IMG/VR virus record: IMGVR_UViG_3300031555_001748
Location: 11,376-75,375 of that record
From: a virus
Taxonomy: Duplodnaviria > Caudoviricetes
Direction: 5' to 3' (one strand)
DNA length: 64,000 nucleotides
The notes below the pieces were generated by a model. The model saw only the letters and a list, made by a program, of their open reading frames with translations. It made no database searches and had not been told where the DNA came from. The translations under genes and the position numbers were made by a program. Below, one piece after another: positions 24,433-34,030 of the stretch. Position 1 is the first letter of the stretch. Each line of letters begins with the position of its first letter.

Positions 24433-24483
24433 ATTGAACAAATTAGACAAATATAAAGATATAAATTTATATAATATTACATA

Positions 24484-24512
24484 TTGAAAAACATTGGTAA
24501 GTTTTGTATAAT
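24484..24512 (+). promoter_or_regulatory. Sigma-A promoter of the replication operon with downstream TAAC-N7-GTTA box
   Basis: TTGAAA-17-TATAAT; box at 24520-24538. Confidence 0.8.
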
Positions 24513-24578
24513 GTATATGTAACTAATAATGTTATATAATTATAAAGAATAATAAATAATTGAAAGGAATTAAAAATT

Positions 24579-25730
24579 ATGGTTGAAAAGATTGTTAAAA
24601 ATGATTGGGTATCTAATTTCAATTTAATTGGTGTGCCGAAGGTTAACGACTACACATTTAAGACAGATGAACGCAGTGAAAAGTCTAATTGGATTTATAA
24701 TGCATTGAATCTAGGTATTGATTGTGGCGAAGCTCATGGCGTGATTTTCGTCGAACTTATGGGAGGCTACAGCGAAGAAAACGAGAACAAGATTTTTGCA
24801 CACGGCAAAAAGGATGACGGCTCTGATAATTTTGACGCACCTATTGTTGTTGATTGGGAAGACCGTTTTAATGATGATGTTCTTGAAGAAATTGGTGATT
24901 TGTCTTTTATCACTGTCGGCTTAGAGAAGACCGATAAGGATAAAACTTATTACAAAAAGTTCTTATCTGCCTATGATGCTATTGCTTATATTAAAGAACA
25001 TCTGACTGAAAACATGGTCGTCAATGTCCGTGGTAATCTGAAGTATTCTACATATAATGATGTAGTACAGGTTCGAAAGAATATCACAAGTATTGCACTT
25101 AGCAAGGTAGATGACCCTTCTAAATATAAGGCAACTTTCACTCAGTCTATTCTGATTGATAAAGACTCTGCAAATCTAAAGAATATTGATAAGGATAAGG
25201 GCGTTATGTATGTTGATGCCAGAGTTCTTGATTATGTAAAGGAGGTAAACGGCATCGAAGTTAAGGGACAGTACCCTTATAATAAGCAGTTTGAATTTAT
25301 GATGGATTTCACTAATCAGGCTCAGTGTAAGAAAATTATGGATAAGCTATTCAAGGTTAAGAAGGGTATTAATCAGATTAACTTCGATGGTGAATTTATT
25401 GAAGGTGGAGCTGTTGTGACTGCAACTTGGGATGACATTCCTGACGACATCAAGGATTTAGTTGAAATGGGCGTATACAGCAAGGAAGAAGCGCTGGCTA
25501 AATGTACTTCTAATGGCAGTCGTGAGCGTCGTATGGTGCTTAAGAAGCCAGCCATTCGTCTGATTGGTGAAGACAAGATTCCTATGGTACAGAAGTTTGA
25601 GGAACGATATGCCGAAGATGACCTTGTGTTGGATTGTATTTTTAATAAGTCTAATGATGAGCCTTCTTCTGATGTCGAGGAAAATGAAGATAGCGTAGAT
25701 AACTCAATGGACTGGCTTAATAGCCTGTAA
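24579..25730 (+). CDS. Probable single-stranded DNA-binding protein (SPbeta YorF-like position)
   Basis: Beta-rich sequence, acidic tail ending DNSMDWLNSL, first gene of the replication operon. The call rests on position and composition. Confidence 0.5.
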   Translation: MVEKIVKNDWVSNFNLIGVPKVNDYTFKTDERSEKSNWIYNALNLGIDCGEAHGVIFVELMGGYSEENENKIFAHGKKDDGSDNFDAPIVVDWEDRFNDDVLEEIGDLSFITVGLEKTDKDKTYYKKFLSAYDAIAYIKEHLTENMVVNVRGNLKYSTYNDVVQVRKNITSIALSKVDDPSKYKATFTQSILIDKDSANLKNIDKDKGVMYVDARVLDYVKEVNGIEVKGQYPYNKQFEFMMDFTNQAQCKKIMDKLFKVKKGINQINFDGEFIEGGAVVTATWDDIPDDIKDLVEMGVYSKEEALAKCTSNGSRERRMVLKKPAIRLIGEDKIPMVQKFEERYAEDDLVLDCIFNKSNDEPSSDVEENEDSVDNSMDWLNSL

Positions 25731-25825
25731 TATTAATGTATAAGATATAAAGTTATATAAATAGAGAGGGGTATATAAATACCCCTCCCACCTCAAAAAT
25801 AAATCAATTGGAGGAATAGTGCAAA

Positions 25826-26974
25826 ATGAAAATGAAATATGGTAGAAAAAATGAAGTAAATCTTAATCCGCTTGCATATAACCTTGCTCTGATTGGTGAG
25901 TCTGGCATTGGCAAGACTACCGTTATTAAAGAATATTGTGAAAAGCTTGCTGGCTCCGATGGTTACATATTCCTTGAAATCGGAAAAGAAGATGGAGCTG
26001 ATGCAATTACAGGAATCAATTATATTAACTGCCCTGAATGGGACATGGAGTATGATGAAGACACAAATAGCATTGGTTTTAATACTTTTGTAGAAGATGT
26101 TTGTGAAAATCGTAGTACTGATTGGTCTGATTTAAAAGTTGTCATTGTAGACACATACGATGAATTGTTTGCTATTGCAGAACCAGAAGTAATCAATATG
26201 CATAACAAAGAAAACCCTGCAAAGCGTGTCAAGAGTATTAAAGCAGCTTTTGGTGGATTCCAAGCGGGAGAAGATAAAACAATTGAAATTGTTCTTGATA
26301 GACTTTGGGCTTTAAAGAAGGTCGGTGTGTCTTTTATTGTTATTGGTCATACCAAAACTAGAAATGTTACTGACCCTGTGACTGGCGAAGATTACATGCA
26401 GTTGACTACTAATATGCCACAGAAATATTTCAATGCAATCAAGACAAAGGTTCACTTCCTCGGTGTCGCAGCCATTGACCGTGAAATTGTAAAAGAGAAG
26501 ACTGGTAAAAAGAATGTTGTAACTGGACAAGATATCAAGAAAGGTGTTGTCAAGGGCGAAACAAGAAAGATTACTTTTCGTGATGATAATTTTGTGATTG
26601 ACAGCAAATCTCGATTCTGCGATATCGTAGAAAGCATCCCTTTGGATGCAGATGCTTTAATTAAGGCAATTACTGATGCAATTGCTGTTGAGCAGAAAAA
26701 GTCTGGTAAGCCTGTCGAAGAAACTAAGAAGGAACAGGCGATGGCAGAAAAGGAAAAGATGAAGCGTATTGCAGAGGCTGAAGAAGCTGCTCGTGCAGAA
26801 AAGAAGTTAGACGAAATCAAATCTGAAATCATTGAGTTTTTTACTGCAAATAAGACTAATATGAGTGTGATTAAGCCTGTACTTGAATTGTGTCGTGAGA
26901 ATGGATTCAGTAATCCTAACGAGATTGACAATGTTGATATAGCAAAGAAGGTACTTACTGCTTGTAATAAGTAA
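25826..26974 (+). CDS. AAA/RecA-fold ATPase (Sak4/AAA_24-like annealase)
   Basis: IGESGIGKTT, VVIVDT, IGH.K motifs. Confidence 0.8.
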   Translation: MKMKYGRKNEVNLNPLAYNLALIGESGIGKTTVIKEYCEKLAGSDGYIFLEIGKEDGADAITGINYINCPEWDMEYDEDTNSIGFNTFVEDVCENRSTDWSDLKVVIVDTYDELFAIAEPEVINMHNKENPAKRVKSIKAAFGGFQAGEDKTIEIVLDRLWALKKVGVSFIVIGHTKTRNVTDPVTGEDYMQLTTNMPQKYFNAIKTKVHFLGVAAIDREIVKEKTGKKNVVTGQDIKKGVVKGETRKITFRDDNFVIDSKSRFCDIVESIPLDADALIKAITDAIAVEQKKSGKPVEETKKEQAMAEKEKMKRIAEAEEAARAEKKLDEIKSEIIEFFTANKTNMSVIKPVLELCRENGFSNPNEIDNVDIAKKVLTACNK

Positions 26975-27050
26975 TAGTTAAAGTTATATAATAATATACC
27001 GCTTATACCCCTTTAGCATTCCGCTTTAGGGGTATAATGCAAATTTAGAT

Positions 27051-27530
27051 TTGAAATGGAGTGAGAATATGGCTAGAAAGAAAATGACCGAAAAAGAAAA
27101 GCAAGATTGGGAATCACTTTATTATTATGTGAAAAATTTAATGGGGTATGATGAAAACCAGTCTTTATCTAATGCGATGGTTCTTAGACTTAAAGGTTTG
27201 TTGACTAATAAATTCATAGAGAACAAGAACATTGATTCTACAGCCAATTATTCTTATGGAACTATATTAAATACTTTTAAGTATTCATCTATTGATATTC
27301 AAAGAGCGTTAAAAACAAATAAATTCTCAGATGAAATGCATCGTTTTAATTATATTTTGAAAATCGTAGAAAGAAATATTAACACTGTATATATGAAAAC
27401 TAGGGGCATAAAAAAGTCAGAAGAAAAAATTGACGATGTTGATACTACGATTGCTAATTATACTGGCGTTAAATATCAGGTAAAGAAAGATACAAAAAAT
27501 AGAGAAGATAAATTTTCAGACTTATGGTAA
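27051..27530 (+). CDS. Replication protein upstream of the helicase (YorH-like; possible loader; likely start 27069)
   Basis: Position between the ATPase and DnaB; SD present. Confidence 0.45.
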   Translation: MKWSENMARKKMTEKEKQDWESLYYYVKNLMGYDENQSLSNAMVLRLKGLLTNKFIENKNIDSTANYSYGTILNTFKYSSIDIQRALKTNKFSDEMHRFNYILKIVERNINTVYMKTRGIKKSEEKIDDVDTTIANYTGVKYQVKKDTKNREDKFSDLW

Positions 27531-27545
27531 GCATGGAGGTAAACA

Positions 27546-29030
27546 ATGGCTGAAAAAAACACAAAATTATCTCCATTTGAAAAAGAACAAGCAGAAGCAG
27601 CAAAACAAATTCTTGAATATAAGCTAGGTTCAGAAGCCTCTATTGTAGCAATGATATATAAAAATCCAGATTTACTCAGAGAGACTAATTTGGATTTAAA
27701 TAGTTTTCATCATAATGTATGGAAGGTGTACTTCGAGATTGCGAGAAGCCTAATTATCGACGAGAAAAAAGTCACATTATCAGAAGTTGATGTTGGACTA
27801 TATCTCGAACGACATCCTAAGTTAAGGGCAAAATACGATGATTATGGCGGATTCCAGACTATCGAAAATGCAGGGGCATATATTAAGGAAGAGAACTTTG
27901 ATGGCTATGTAAGAGATTTAAGAAAATGGAATACAATCGCCAAATTGGTCAAACAGGGTTTCCCCGTTAAAAATAGACTTAGTGAATTTTGCGATATGTC
28001 TGCTGAAGAAATTTATCAAGAATATGAAGGTTATATAAATCACATTTTTTCCAATATAGACCATGAAATCAAATCTTATAATGCACTAGAAGGATTGCAC
28101 GAATTGGTAGATGACCTTAATGCAGGAGACAATATAGGACTTCCTATTTGCGCAGATTTGTTAAACAAAGAAATAGGCGGGTTAAAAAGAGGGAATATTT
28201 ATTCTTTAACAGCTCCGTCAGGTGCAGGTAAATCAACCATTCTTATCAACTATATTCTGCCTTCAATGTTACAACACAATGAAAGATGTTGTATGTTCAT
28301 CAATGAAGAAGATGTTAAAAAGGTAAAAAAGGAACTTTTGCTGTATTGTTGTACAAATATCTTAAAACATCCTATACAGAAAGTACAATTAAGAGATGGT
28401 CATTTTGATAAAGAAACCCTCGAAACACTCCATAAAGCTGCTGATTGGCTTGAGGAACAAGACAAAAACCACAATTTAATTGTAATACCATTAGAGCACT
28501 ATACAACAGATATCGTTATAAAATTGATAAAGAAGTACAAGAATTTATTCGATATTGACTATTTCATACTTGATACTTTTAAAGAATCGAGCGATTCAAA
28601 AGAAGAAGGGTATAGAGAAATGTTAAAGTCTTCTGTCAAGTTGTATGACCTTATTAAGCCAGCTTGTCTAAATGTTTGTTTGGTTATGAGTATGCAGACA
28701 TCAAAATCTTCTTTAAGAAACAGACATTTAACTAATATGGATATAGGACAGAGTAAGTCTGTTGTTGATGTTTTCTCTGTTTCATTGCTTTGTCGCAGAG
28801 TAGAACCAGATGAATACATGGATGAAAAGAATGAATTAAAATGTTTTAGAATAGAAGGTAAAACTAAGTTGCCTTTTACATTGGATAAAGAGAAGTATTA
28901 TATGTTGTTCTTTATAGCAAAGAATCGCTTTGGCAATACTGATGCATATTCTGTTGTGTCTGAAATAGACCTTTCAACAAACAGATTTAAGGATATTGGT
29001 TATTGTGTTGTTCCAGAAGATTGGAGATAA
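27546..29030 (+). CDS. dnaB: DnaB-like replicative helicase
   Basis: APSGAGKS Walker A, FINEE, YFILD, SMQ, KNRFG. Confidence 0.9.
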   Translation: MAEKNTKLSPFEKEQAEAAKQILEYKLGSEASIVAMIYKNPDLLRETNLDLNSFHHNVWKVYFEIARSLIIDEKKVTLSEVDVGLYLERHPKLRAKYDDYGGFQTIENAGAYIKEENFDGYVRDLRKWNTIAKLVKQGFPVKNRLSEFCDMSAEEIYQEYEGYINHIFSNIDHEIKSYNALEGLHELVDDLNAGDNIGLPICADLLNKEIGGLKRGNIYSLTAPSGAGKSTILINYILPSMLQHNERCCMFINEEDVKKVKKELLLYCCTNILKHPIQKVQLRDGHFDKETLETLHKAADWLEEQDKNHNLIVIPLEHYTTDIVIKLIKKYKNLFDIDYFILDTFKESSDSKEEGYREMLKSSVKLYDLIKPACLNVCLVMSMQTSKSSLRNRHLTNMDIGQSKSVVDVFSVSLLCRRVEPDEYMDEKNELKCFRIEGKTKLPFTLDKEKYYMLFFIAKNRFGNTDAYSVVSEIDLSTNRFKDIGYCVVPEDWR

Positions 29031-29821
29031 ATGATATGTCTAATGGTGAAATTAGTAAACTTGGAGAAGAAAATTTTAACAACAAAGGTTGTTTAATGAG
29101 GATTATTGAATTTAATAGTCGTTATGATATTGTTGTAGAATTTCAAGATAAATATAAGGGGCAAGTACACACAAATTATCAAGCATTCTCATGTGGACAA
29201 GTAAAAAATCCTTATTTGACCTCTGTTGTCGGAGTTGGAATTACTGGTAATAAATATCTAACCCATATCAATCGAAAGCCAGTTAAGGAATATGTGTCTT
29301 GGGTTCATATGTTGAAAAGATGCTATGATGAAAGATACAGAAATAAAAATCGTACATATAATGAATGTTGCGTCTGCGAAAAATGGTTGTTATTTGAAAA
29401 TTTCTATGAATGGTTGCATTCCCAAGAGAACTTTGATAAGTGGTTGAATGGAGTACAATGGAATGTAGACAAAGATATCATTATAAAAGGAAATAAAACT
29501 TATTCGCCAGAGACTTGTTGTTTAGTTTCAAACGAAGTAAATAGCTTATTTACTAAAGGCAATGCAAGAAGAGGTAATTTGCCTATTGGTGTTTCAAAGG
29601 TAAAAAATAGAAATGGATATTGTGCATCATGCCATAATCCATTTACAAACAAGCAAGAATATTTAGGTTATTATAGGACAATAAATGAAGCGTTTACTGT
29701 CTATAAGAGATGCAAAGAAGATATTATTAAACAAGTTGCTCAAACCGAATATTCTAATGGTAACATAACCAAAGAATGTTATGATGCTATGATGAAATAT
29801 GAAGTTGAAATTACAGACTAA
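29003..29821 (+). CDS. Free-standing HNH-type homing endonuclease with AP2-like C-terminus (likely start 29035)
   Basis: W..ML.RCY, WLLFENFYEW, VDKDII..GNK.YSPETC, LPIGV, YLGYY. Confidence 0.8.
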   Translation: MCCSRRLEINDMSNGEISKLGEENFNNKGCLMRIIEFNSRYDIVVEFQDKYKGQVHTNYQAFSCGQVKNPYLTSVVGVGITGNKYLTHINRKPVKEYVSWVHMLKRCYDERYRNKNRTYNECCVCEKWLLFENFYEWLHSQENFDKWLNGVQWNVDKDIIIKGNKTYSPETCCLVSNEVNSLFTKGNARRGNLPIGVSKVKNRNGYCASCHNPFTNKQEYLGYYRTINEAFTVYKRCKEDIIKQVAQTEYSNGNITKECYDAMMKYEVEITD

Positions 29822-29847
29822 TAAATAAATTTATAAGGTAAAAGGTT

Positions 29848-30924
29848 ATGACAATTAACGAATTGAAGGAATACATTTACAATGAGCGAAAAATTGAATA
29901 TGTATTAGAACAAATTGGCTGTCATAACATTAACTATAATAGCCAAAAAGAGTATTGGAGTGCGGCTCAGCCAGACGGCGACAATCCGCAAGGAGTTAAT
30001 ATTCGTAACAATGAGTACTTAAACTATCGTAGTTTTTCAAGAGGCGTTGATTACGAAGACAATAAAGACCTGATAAGCCTAGTAGAAGCTACGAAAAAAT
30101 TATCTTTCGTTGAAGCTTTGAAATATTTACATAAGATTCTTGATTTGCCATTTGAATTCAAGAAAAAAGAAGAAAAGCCGCAAAAGAAGTTTGACCCATT
30201 ATCTGTGTTTAAGAAAGTCTTAAGAAGTAGTAGAAGCACTATTAATGTAGATGATATTCATGTGTTAGATGACAAGCTGTTAGATGATTTTGTTCCAATG
30301 TTGCATATAGATTGGCTTCATGAAGGTATTATGCCTTGGACAAGAAAGAAGTTTAAGTTGGCTTATTCATATAAGCATAAAAGAGTCATTATTCCACTCC
30401 GTTATTGGGCGACAGGAGAACTCTTGGGATTCAATCAGAGAACAACAGTTGAGAATTATGAAGAGTTTGGAATCAAGAAATACTTCATAACTCCAACATA
30501 TCAAAAGGCATTAAATTTATATGGGTTATATGAGAATTATGATTCCATACAGAAAGCAGGATATGTGGTTGTTGCTGAAAGCGAAAAGTCGGTATTAAAA
30601 AGAGACTCGCTTGGTGATGGCACAGTTGTGGCATTGTCTGGAAAGAGTATATCCGATGAGCAAGTTCGTATTCTAATGGGATTAAATGTCGAAATTGTGA
30701 TTGGGTTAGATAAAGATGTTGATATAAGCGAAGTAAGACACATGTGTGAGAAGTTTAAGAATGTCAGAAAAGTGTCTTACATACATGACTTCATGGGAAT
30801 TCTAGGGAACAAAGACGCTCCTATGGATGCTAATAATAAGGATTATCATTTTTTACTTGAAAGCAGAATCGTTTACGATAGAAGCGAACAAAGGAAGTAT
30901 CAAGAAAGTTTAAGAAAGGAATAG
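29848..30924 (+). CDS. dnaG: DNA primase (TOPRIM)
   Basis: Downstream of the helicase; RVIIP...G.LLGF..R, VAESEKS, IVIGLDKD. Confidence 0.8.
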   Translation: MTINELKEYIYNERKIEYVLEQIGCHNINYNSQKEYWSAAQPDGDNPQGVNIRNNEYLNYRSFSRGVDYEDNKDLISLVEATKKLSFVEALKYLHKILDLPFEFKKKEEKPQKKFDPLSVFKKVLRSSRSTINVDDIHVLDDKLLDDFVPMLHIDWLHEGIMPWTRKKFKLAYSYKHKRVIIPLRYWATGELLGFNQRTTVENYEEFGIKKYFITPTYQKALNLYGLYENYDSIQKAGYVVVAESEKSVLKRDSLGDGTVVALSGKSISDEQVRILMGLNVEIVIGLDKDVDISEVRHMCEKFKNVRKVSYIHDFMGILGNKDAPMDANNKDYHFLLESRIVYDRSEQRKYQESLRKE

Positions 30925-30929
30925 TAAAA

Positions 30930-31157
30930 ATGAGCGAAAAGAAGACAAATAAAACAAAAGAGGTTTTAAAGCATCTACAAACCTATGGCTGCATTACAAG
31001 CATGGAAGCCATTGACAATTACAAGGCTACTCGTTTGGGAGATATTATTTATAGATTAAGAAAAAAGGGGTTTAATATAGATACAATAGAAATCCCGTTT
31101 GTTGACGCATATGGCACTAAGTCATCATATGGCAAATATGTGTTGAACGAATCTTGA
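30930..31157 (+). CDS. Small winged-HTH protein
   Basis: VLKHL...G.ITSMEA...Y..TRLG.II.RLRKKG..I. Confidence 0.75.
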   Translation: MSEKKTNKTKEVLKHLQTYGCITSMEAIDNYKATRLGDIIYRLRKKGFNIDTIEIPFVDAYGTKSSYGKYVLNES

Positions 31158-31231
31158 TTTTAAAATGGTGATTTTAAGCGAAAGGTTGATGCGAACTGGA
31201 TTATAAGATTGATAAAAAGACAAATATATAT

Positions 31232-31807
31232 ATGACTCTACTTACCCTGTATTGTGTGGCATTGGTCGTATCCAATATTATTTCAAACAGAACATTTGAA
31301 ATCGGACAATTTATGCTTCCGTCAGCAGTAATAGTGTTTCCAATCATCTATATTATCAACGATGTGTTAACTGAATGTTATGGATTCAAGATGGCTTCCA
31401 AGGCTATTTGGACTGCATTTGGTTTGAACTTAATGGCAGTAGTATTTTTTAATATTGCAGTAAATCTTCCCACAACAACAGATTATTCAAGTTATAATAT
31501 TGTTCTTGGAAACACGATAAAGCCATTAATTGCTTCTGTTCTTGCGTATTTGGTTGGCAGTTTTGTTAATGCAAAGGTAATGGATACACTTAGAAATCAT
31601 AAGAATTTGATGCTGAGATGTGTGCTTAGTACATTGTTTGGAGAAACAATTGACGCTACAATCTTCATTTCGATTATGTTTATTGGGATTATGGACTTTA
31701 AGGTTGTTTGTACAATGATAATTACACAAGCCGTTTTTAAAACGCTATATGAGATAATCGTATACCCAGTAACAAAGGCAGTAATTAATGGAATCAAATC
31801 AATTTGA
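31232..31807 (+). CDS. yhhQ: Queuosine-precursor (preQ0/preQ1) transporter, YhhQ/VUT family (start may be ~12 codons upstream, CTG at 31196)
   Basis: SNII, FP..YII.DVLTE.YG, ASVLAYLVG.F.NA.V, STL.GE..DA.IF; multiple TM helices. Confidence 0.9.
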   Translation: MTLLTLYCVALVVSNIISNRTFEIGQFMLPSAVIVFPIIYIINDVLTECYGFKMASKAIWTAFGLNLMAVVFFNIAVNLPTTTDYSSYNIVLGNTIKPLIASVLAYLVGSFVNAKVMDTLRNHKNLMLRCVLSTLFGETIDATIFISIMFIGIMDFKVVCTMIITQAVFKTLYEIIVYPVTKAVINGIKSI

Positions 31808-32574
31808 GTATGAATACTAAAATATTTTTGTCATCAATTGTCAATGTGAAAACTACTATTGTTCCGTATTTTGAACCATATTATATATTAGAGAGTTTTA
31901 TATATTTAAAGGCTAAAACAAAAAAGACGAAGGATTATATAAAATGGTGCTTGTCGGCAAAAGAGTTTTTGCTTGATAGCGGAGCATTTGTTTTCATTAA
32001 TAAATCAAAAAAGGCTTCTAAATTTTCTGATGAAGTATTAAAAAAATATATAGATGATTATATTGAATTTATAAATCAATATGATATAAAGCAGTTTTTT
32101 GAAATGGATATTGATTGTTTAGTAGGGTATGACAAAGTAAAAGAAATCAGACAATACATAGAAAACAAGACTGGCAAGAAGGTTATACCAGTTTGGCACA
32201 GAAGCAGAGGCATGGAAGACTTTCATGATATGTGTAAAGAGTATGAATATGTGGCGGTTGGTGGTATTGCTGCTGGCGAAATAAAACGGTCAGAATATGA
32301 TTTTTTATGCGAACTTTGCGATATAGCACATTCTTATGAATGTAAAATTCATGGACTTGGTTATTCACCATTATCAATTCTAAATGAAAGAAAATGTCCG
32401 TTCGACACAATAGACAGTACTACTTGGATAGGACATAAATTTGGCGACTATTTTAATTTTGATAACGGAAAGTTAGAAAAGATAAAAGACAAAGATAGAT
32501 ATTGGCGGTCACTAGACCAAGATTCATTTTCTTCTTGGGTCGAGTTTTCTAAGTTACCAGATGTATGTCAATAG
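31804..32574 (+). CDS. TGT-fold guanine transglycosylase (DpdA-like)
   Basis: LLDSGAF, FEMDID, IPVWH, VAVGG, IHGLG and DSTTW align with the TGT catalytic motifs; no C-terminal Zn/tRNA-binding domain. Confidence 0.7.
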   Translation: MSMNTKIFLSSIVNVKTTIVPYFEPYYILESFIYLKAKTKKTKDYIKWCLSAKEFLLDSGAFVFINKSKKASKFSDEVLKKYIDDYIEFINQYDIKQFFEMDIDCLVGYDKVKEIRQYIENKTGKKVIPVWHRSRGMEDFHDMCKEYEYVAVGGIAAGEIKRSEYDFLCELCDIAHSYECKIHGLGYSPLSILNERKCPFDTIDSTTWIGHKFGDYFNFDNGKLEKIKDKDRYWRSLDQDSFSSWVEFSKLPDVCQ

Positions 32575-32845
32575 CAAATTAATAATTAAAATTATAAAAT
32601 TACGATTTTAAGGCGAATTATGAAAGATAGAGAATGGTATAAGGAACAAATTGATAACTTGCAAGATTGGTTGTTAGACGAAAAAATAATTAAGTCTCAA
32701 AACGACATTGAAAAAGAAGCATATCAAACCGTTTTACATAAGGTTATAGATATGTTCGTAGGCGAAGATTTGGATGATGATTATTTAGATAATCTATTAG
32801 AAGTCTTTAGCGAGTTATAAAATTGCAGTTTTAAGAGGTGATTAA

Positions 32846-34030
32846 ATGGCTCGATTAAGCTATGAAGAGCTTGAAAAGATTAAAAAGAAACATGGTGTTA
32901 CACGACTATGGTCATGGTCAAAAGTAAATACTTACATGACCTCTAAGTTTGAATACCTTCTAAAATATATTCTTAAATCAAAAGAAGATAGATGCGACAG
33001 TTGTTACACGACACTTGGTACTATCTGTCACGATACACTAGAGAAGTTCTACGAAGGTAAGATTAAGTACGAAGGCATGATTGACGATTATAACGATGGT
33101 TTTACTACTGCAATTACAATCGCAGACCTAAAGTTTAATCGCTCTGATGCAGAAAAGAATAAGAGTATTGGTGAGAAGTATAACGAAAACTTAGTTCATT
33201 TCTTTAAGAATCATACTGTATATAAGCATAAGTTATTGGTAGAAAAGCCCATCATCTTTGTTATTGATGGCAATGTATTTGTAGGATATATCGACGGTCT
33301 TTATAAAGATGACGAAGATTTTGTATATCCATTAGACTTTAAGACTAGTAGCATTTATACTGGTAAAACTCTCGAAGAAAATTCTGGTCAGTTAATTGGT
33401 TATGCTATTGGCTTACATCAAATGGGCATTCCTCTTGAAAAGATTAAGCCGCATTTTAACTTCCTAAAGTATTGTACCATTAAATATGAGCAAAAGAATG
33501 GTGCAATTAAGTATAGAAATGTTGAGAGATGCAAGATTGGTGAAAATATGCAGAGCAATGCAAAGACTTGGTTGAAGCACTTTGGATATGATGTTGACAA
33601 GTACTTAAAAGAGCTGCTTGACACAAATAGCATTGACTGTCTGCCTGATAAAGTGAAGGCTAAGTATGAGATTACTGACTGTCATGTTCCAGTTGAATTA
33701 AATGAGAAGATTATAGAAAAGTGGACTAGTCACATTTCAACTACGATTCAAGATATTGAGTTACGAGAGAAAGATTATGAAGAGACCAAATCTCTTCAGT
33801 GCTTCTGGGATGACGAGGAAGATGTAAAGGCTCAAAGTTATTACTTTGCCAATCTATGTGCTTATAGTGCTTCTAAGCATTTGCCTTATAAGGCTTACTT
33901 AGAGAAGTTCGAAGCTGCTCAAAAGAGCAAAGATATGTTTGGTGGGTTGCTTGGCAATACTTCTTCAAGTAGTAACGTTATAGATAATAAGAGCAATGAA
34001 ATAGATTTGTCTTGGCTTGATAATATTTGA
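32846..34030 (+). CDS. PD-(D/E)XK exonuclease (AddB/Cas4-like)
   Basis: WSWSK, G..CH..LE, VEK, G.IDG, LDFKT, QL..YA. Confidence 0.85.
   Translation: MARLSYEELEKIKKKHGVTRLWSWSKVNTYMTSKFEYLLKYILKSKEDRCDSCYTTLGTICHDTLEKFYEGKIKYEGMIDDYNDGFTTAITIADLKFNRSDAEKNKSIGEKYNENLVHFFKNHTVYKHKLLVEKPIIFVIDGNVFVGYIDGLYKDDEDFVYPLDFKTSSIYTGKTLEENSGQLIGYAIGLHQMGIPLEKIKPHFNFLKYCTIKYEQKNGAIKYRNVERCKIGENMQSNAKTWLKHFGYDVDKYLKELLDTNSIDCLPDKVKAKYEITDCHVPVELNEKIIEKWTSHISTTIQDIELREKDYEETKSLQCFWDDEEDVKAQSYYFANLCAYSASKHLPYKAYLEKFEAAQKSKDMFGGLLGNTSSSSNVIDNKSNEIDLSWLDNI

Noticed and set aside
31177-31231. preQ1 riboswitch upstream of yhhQ
   Set aside because: No P1 stem with the conserved loop plus A-rich tail architecture could be built.
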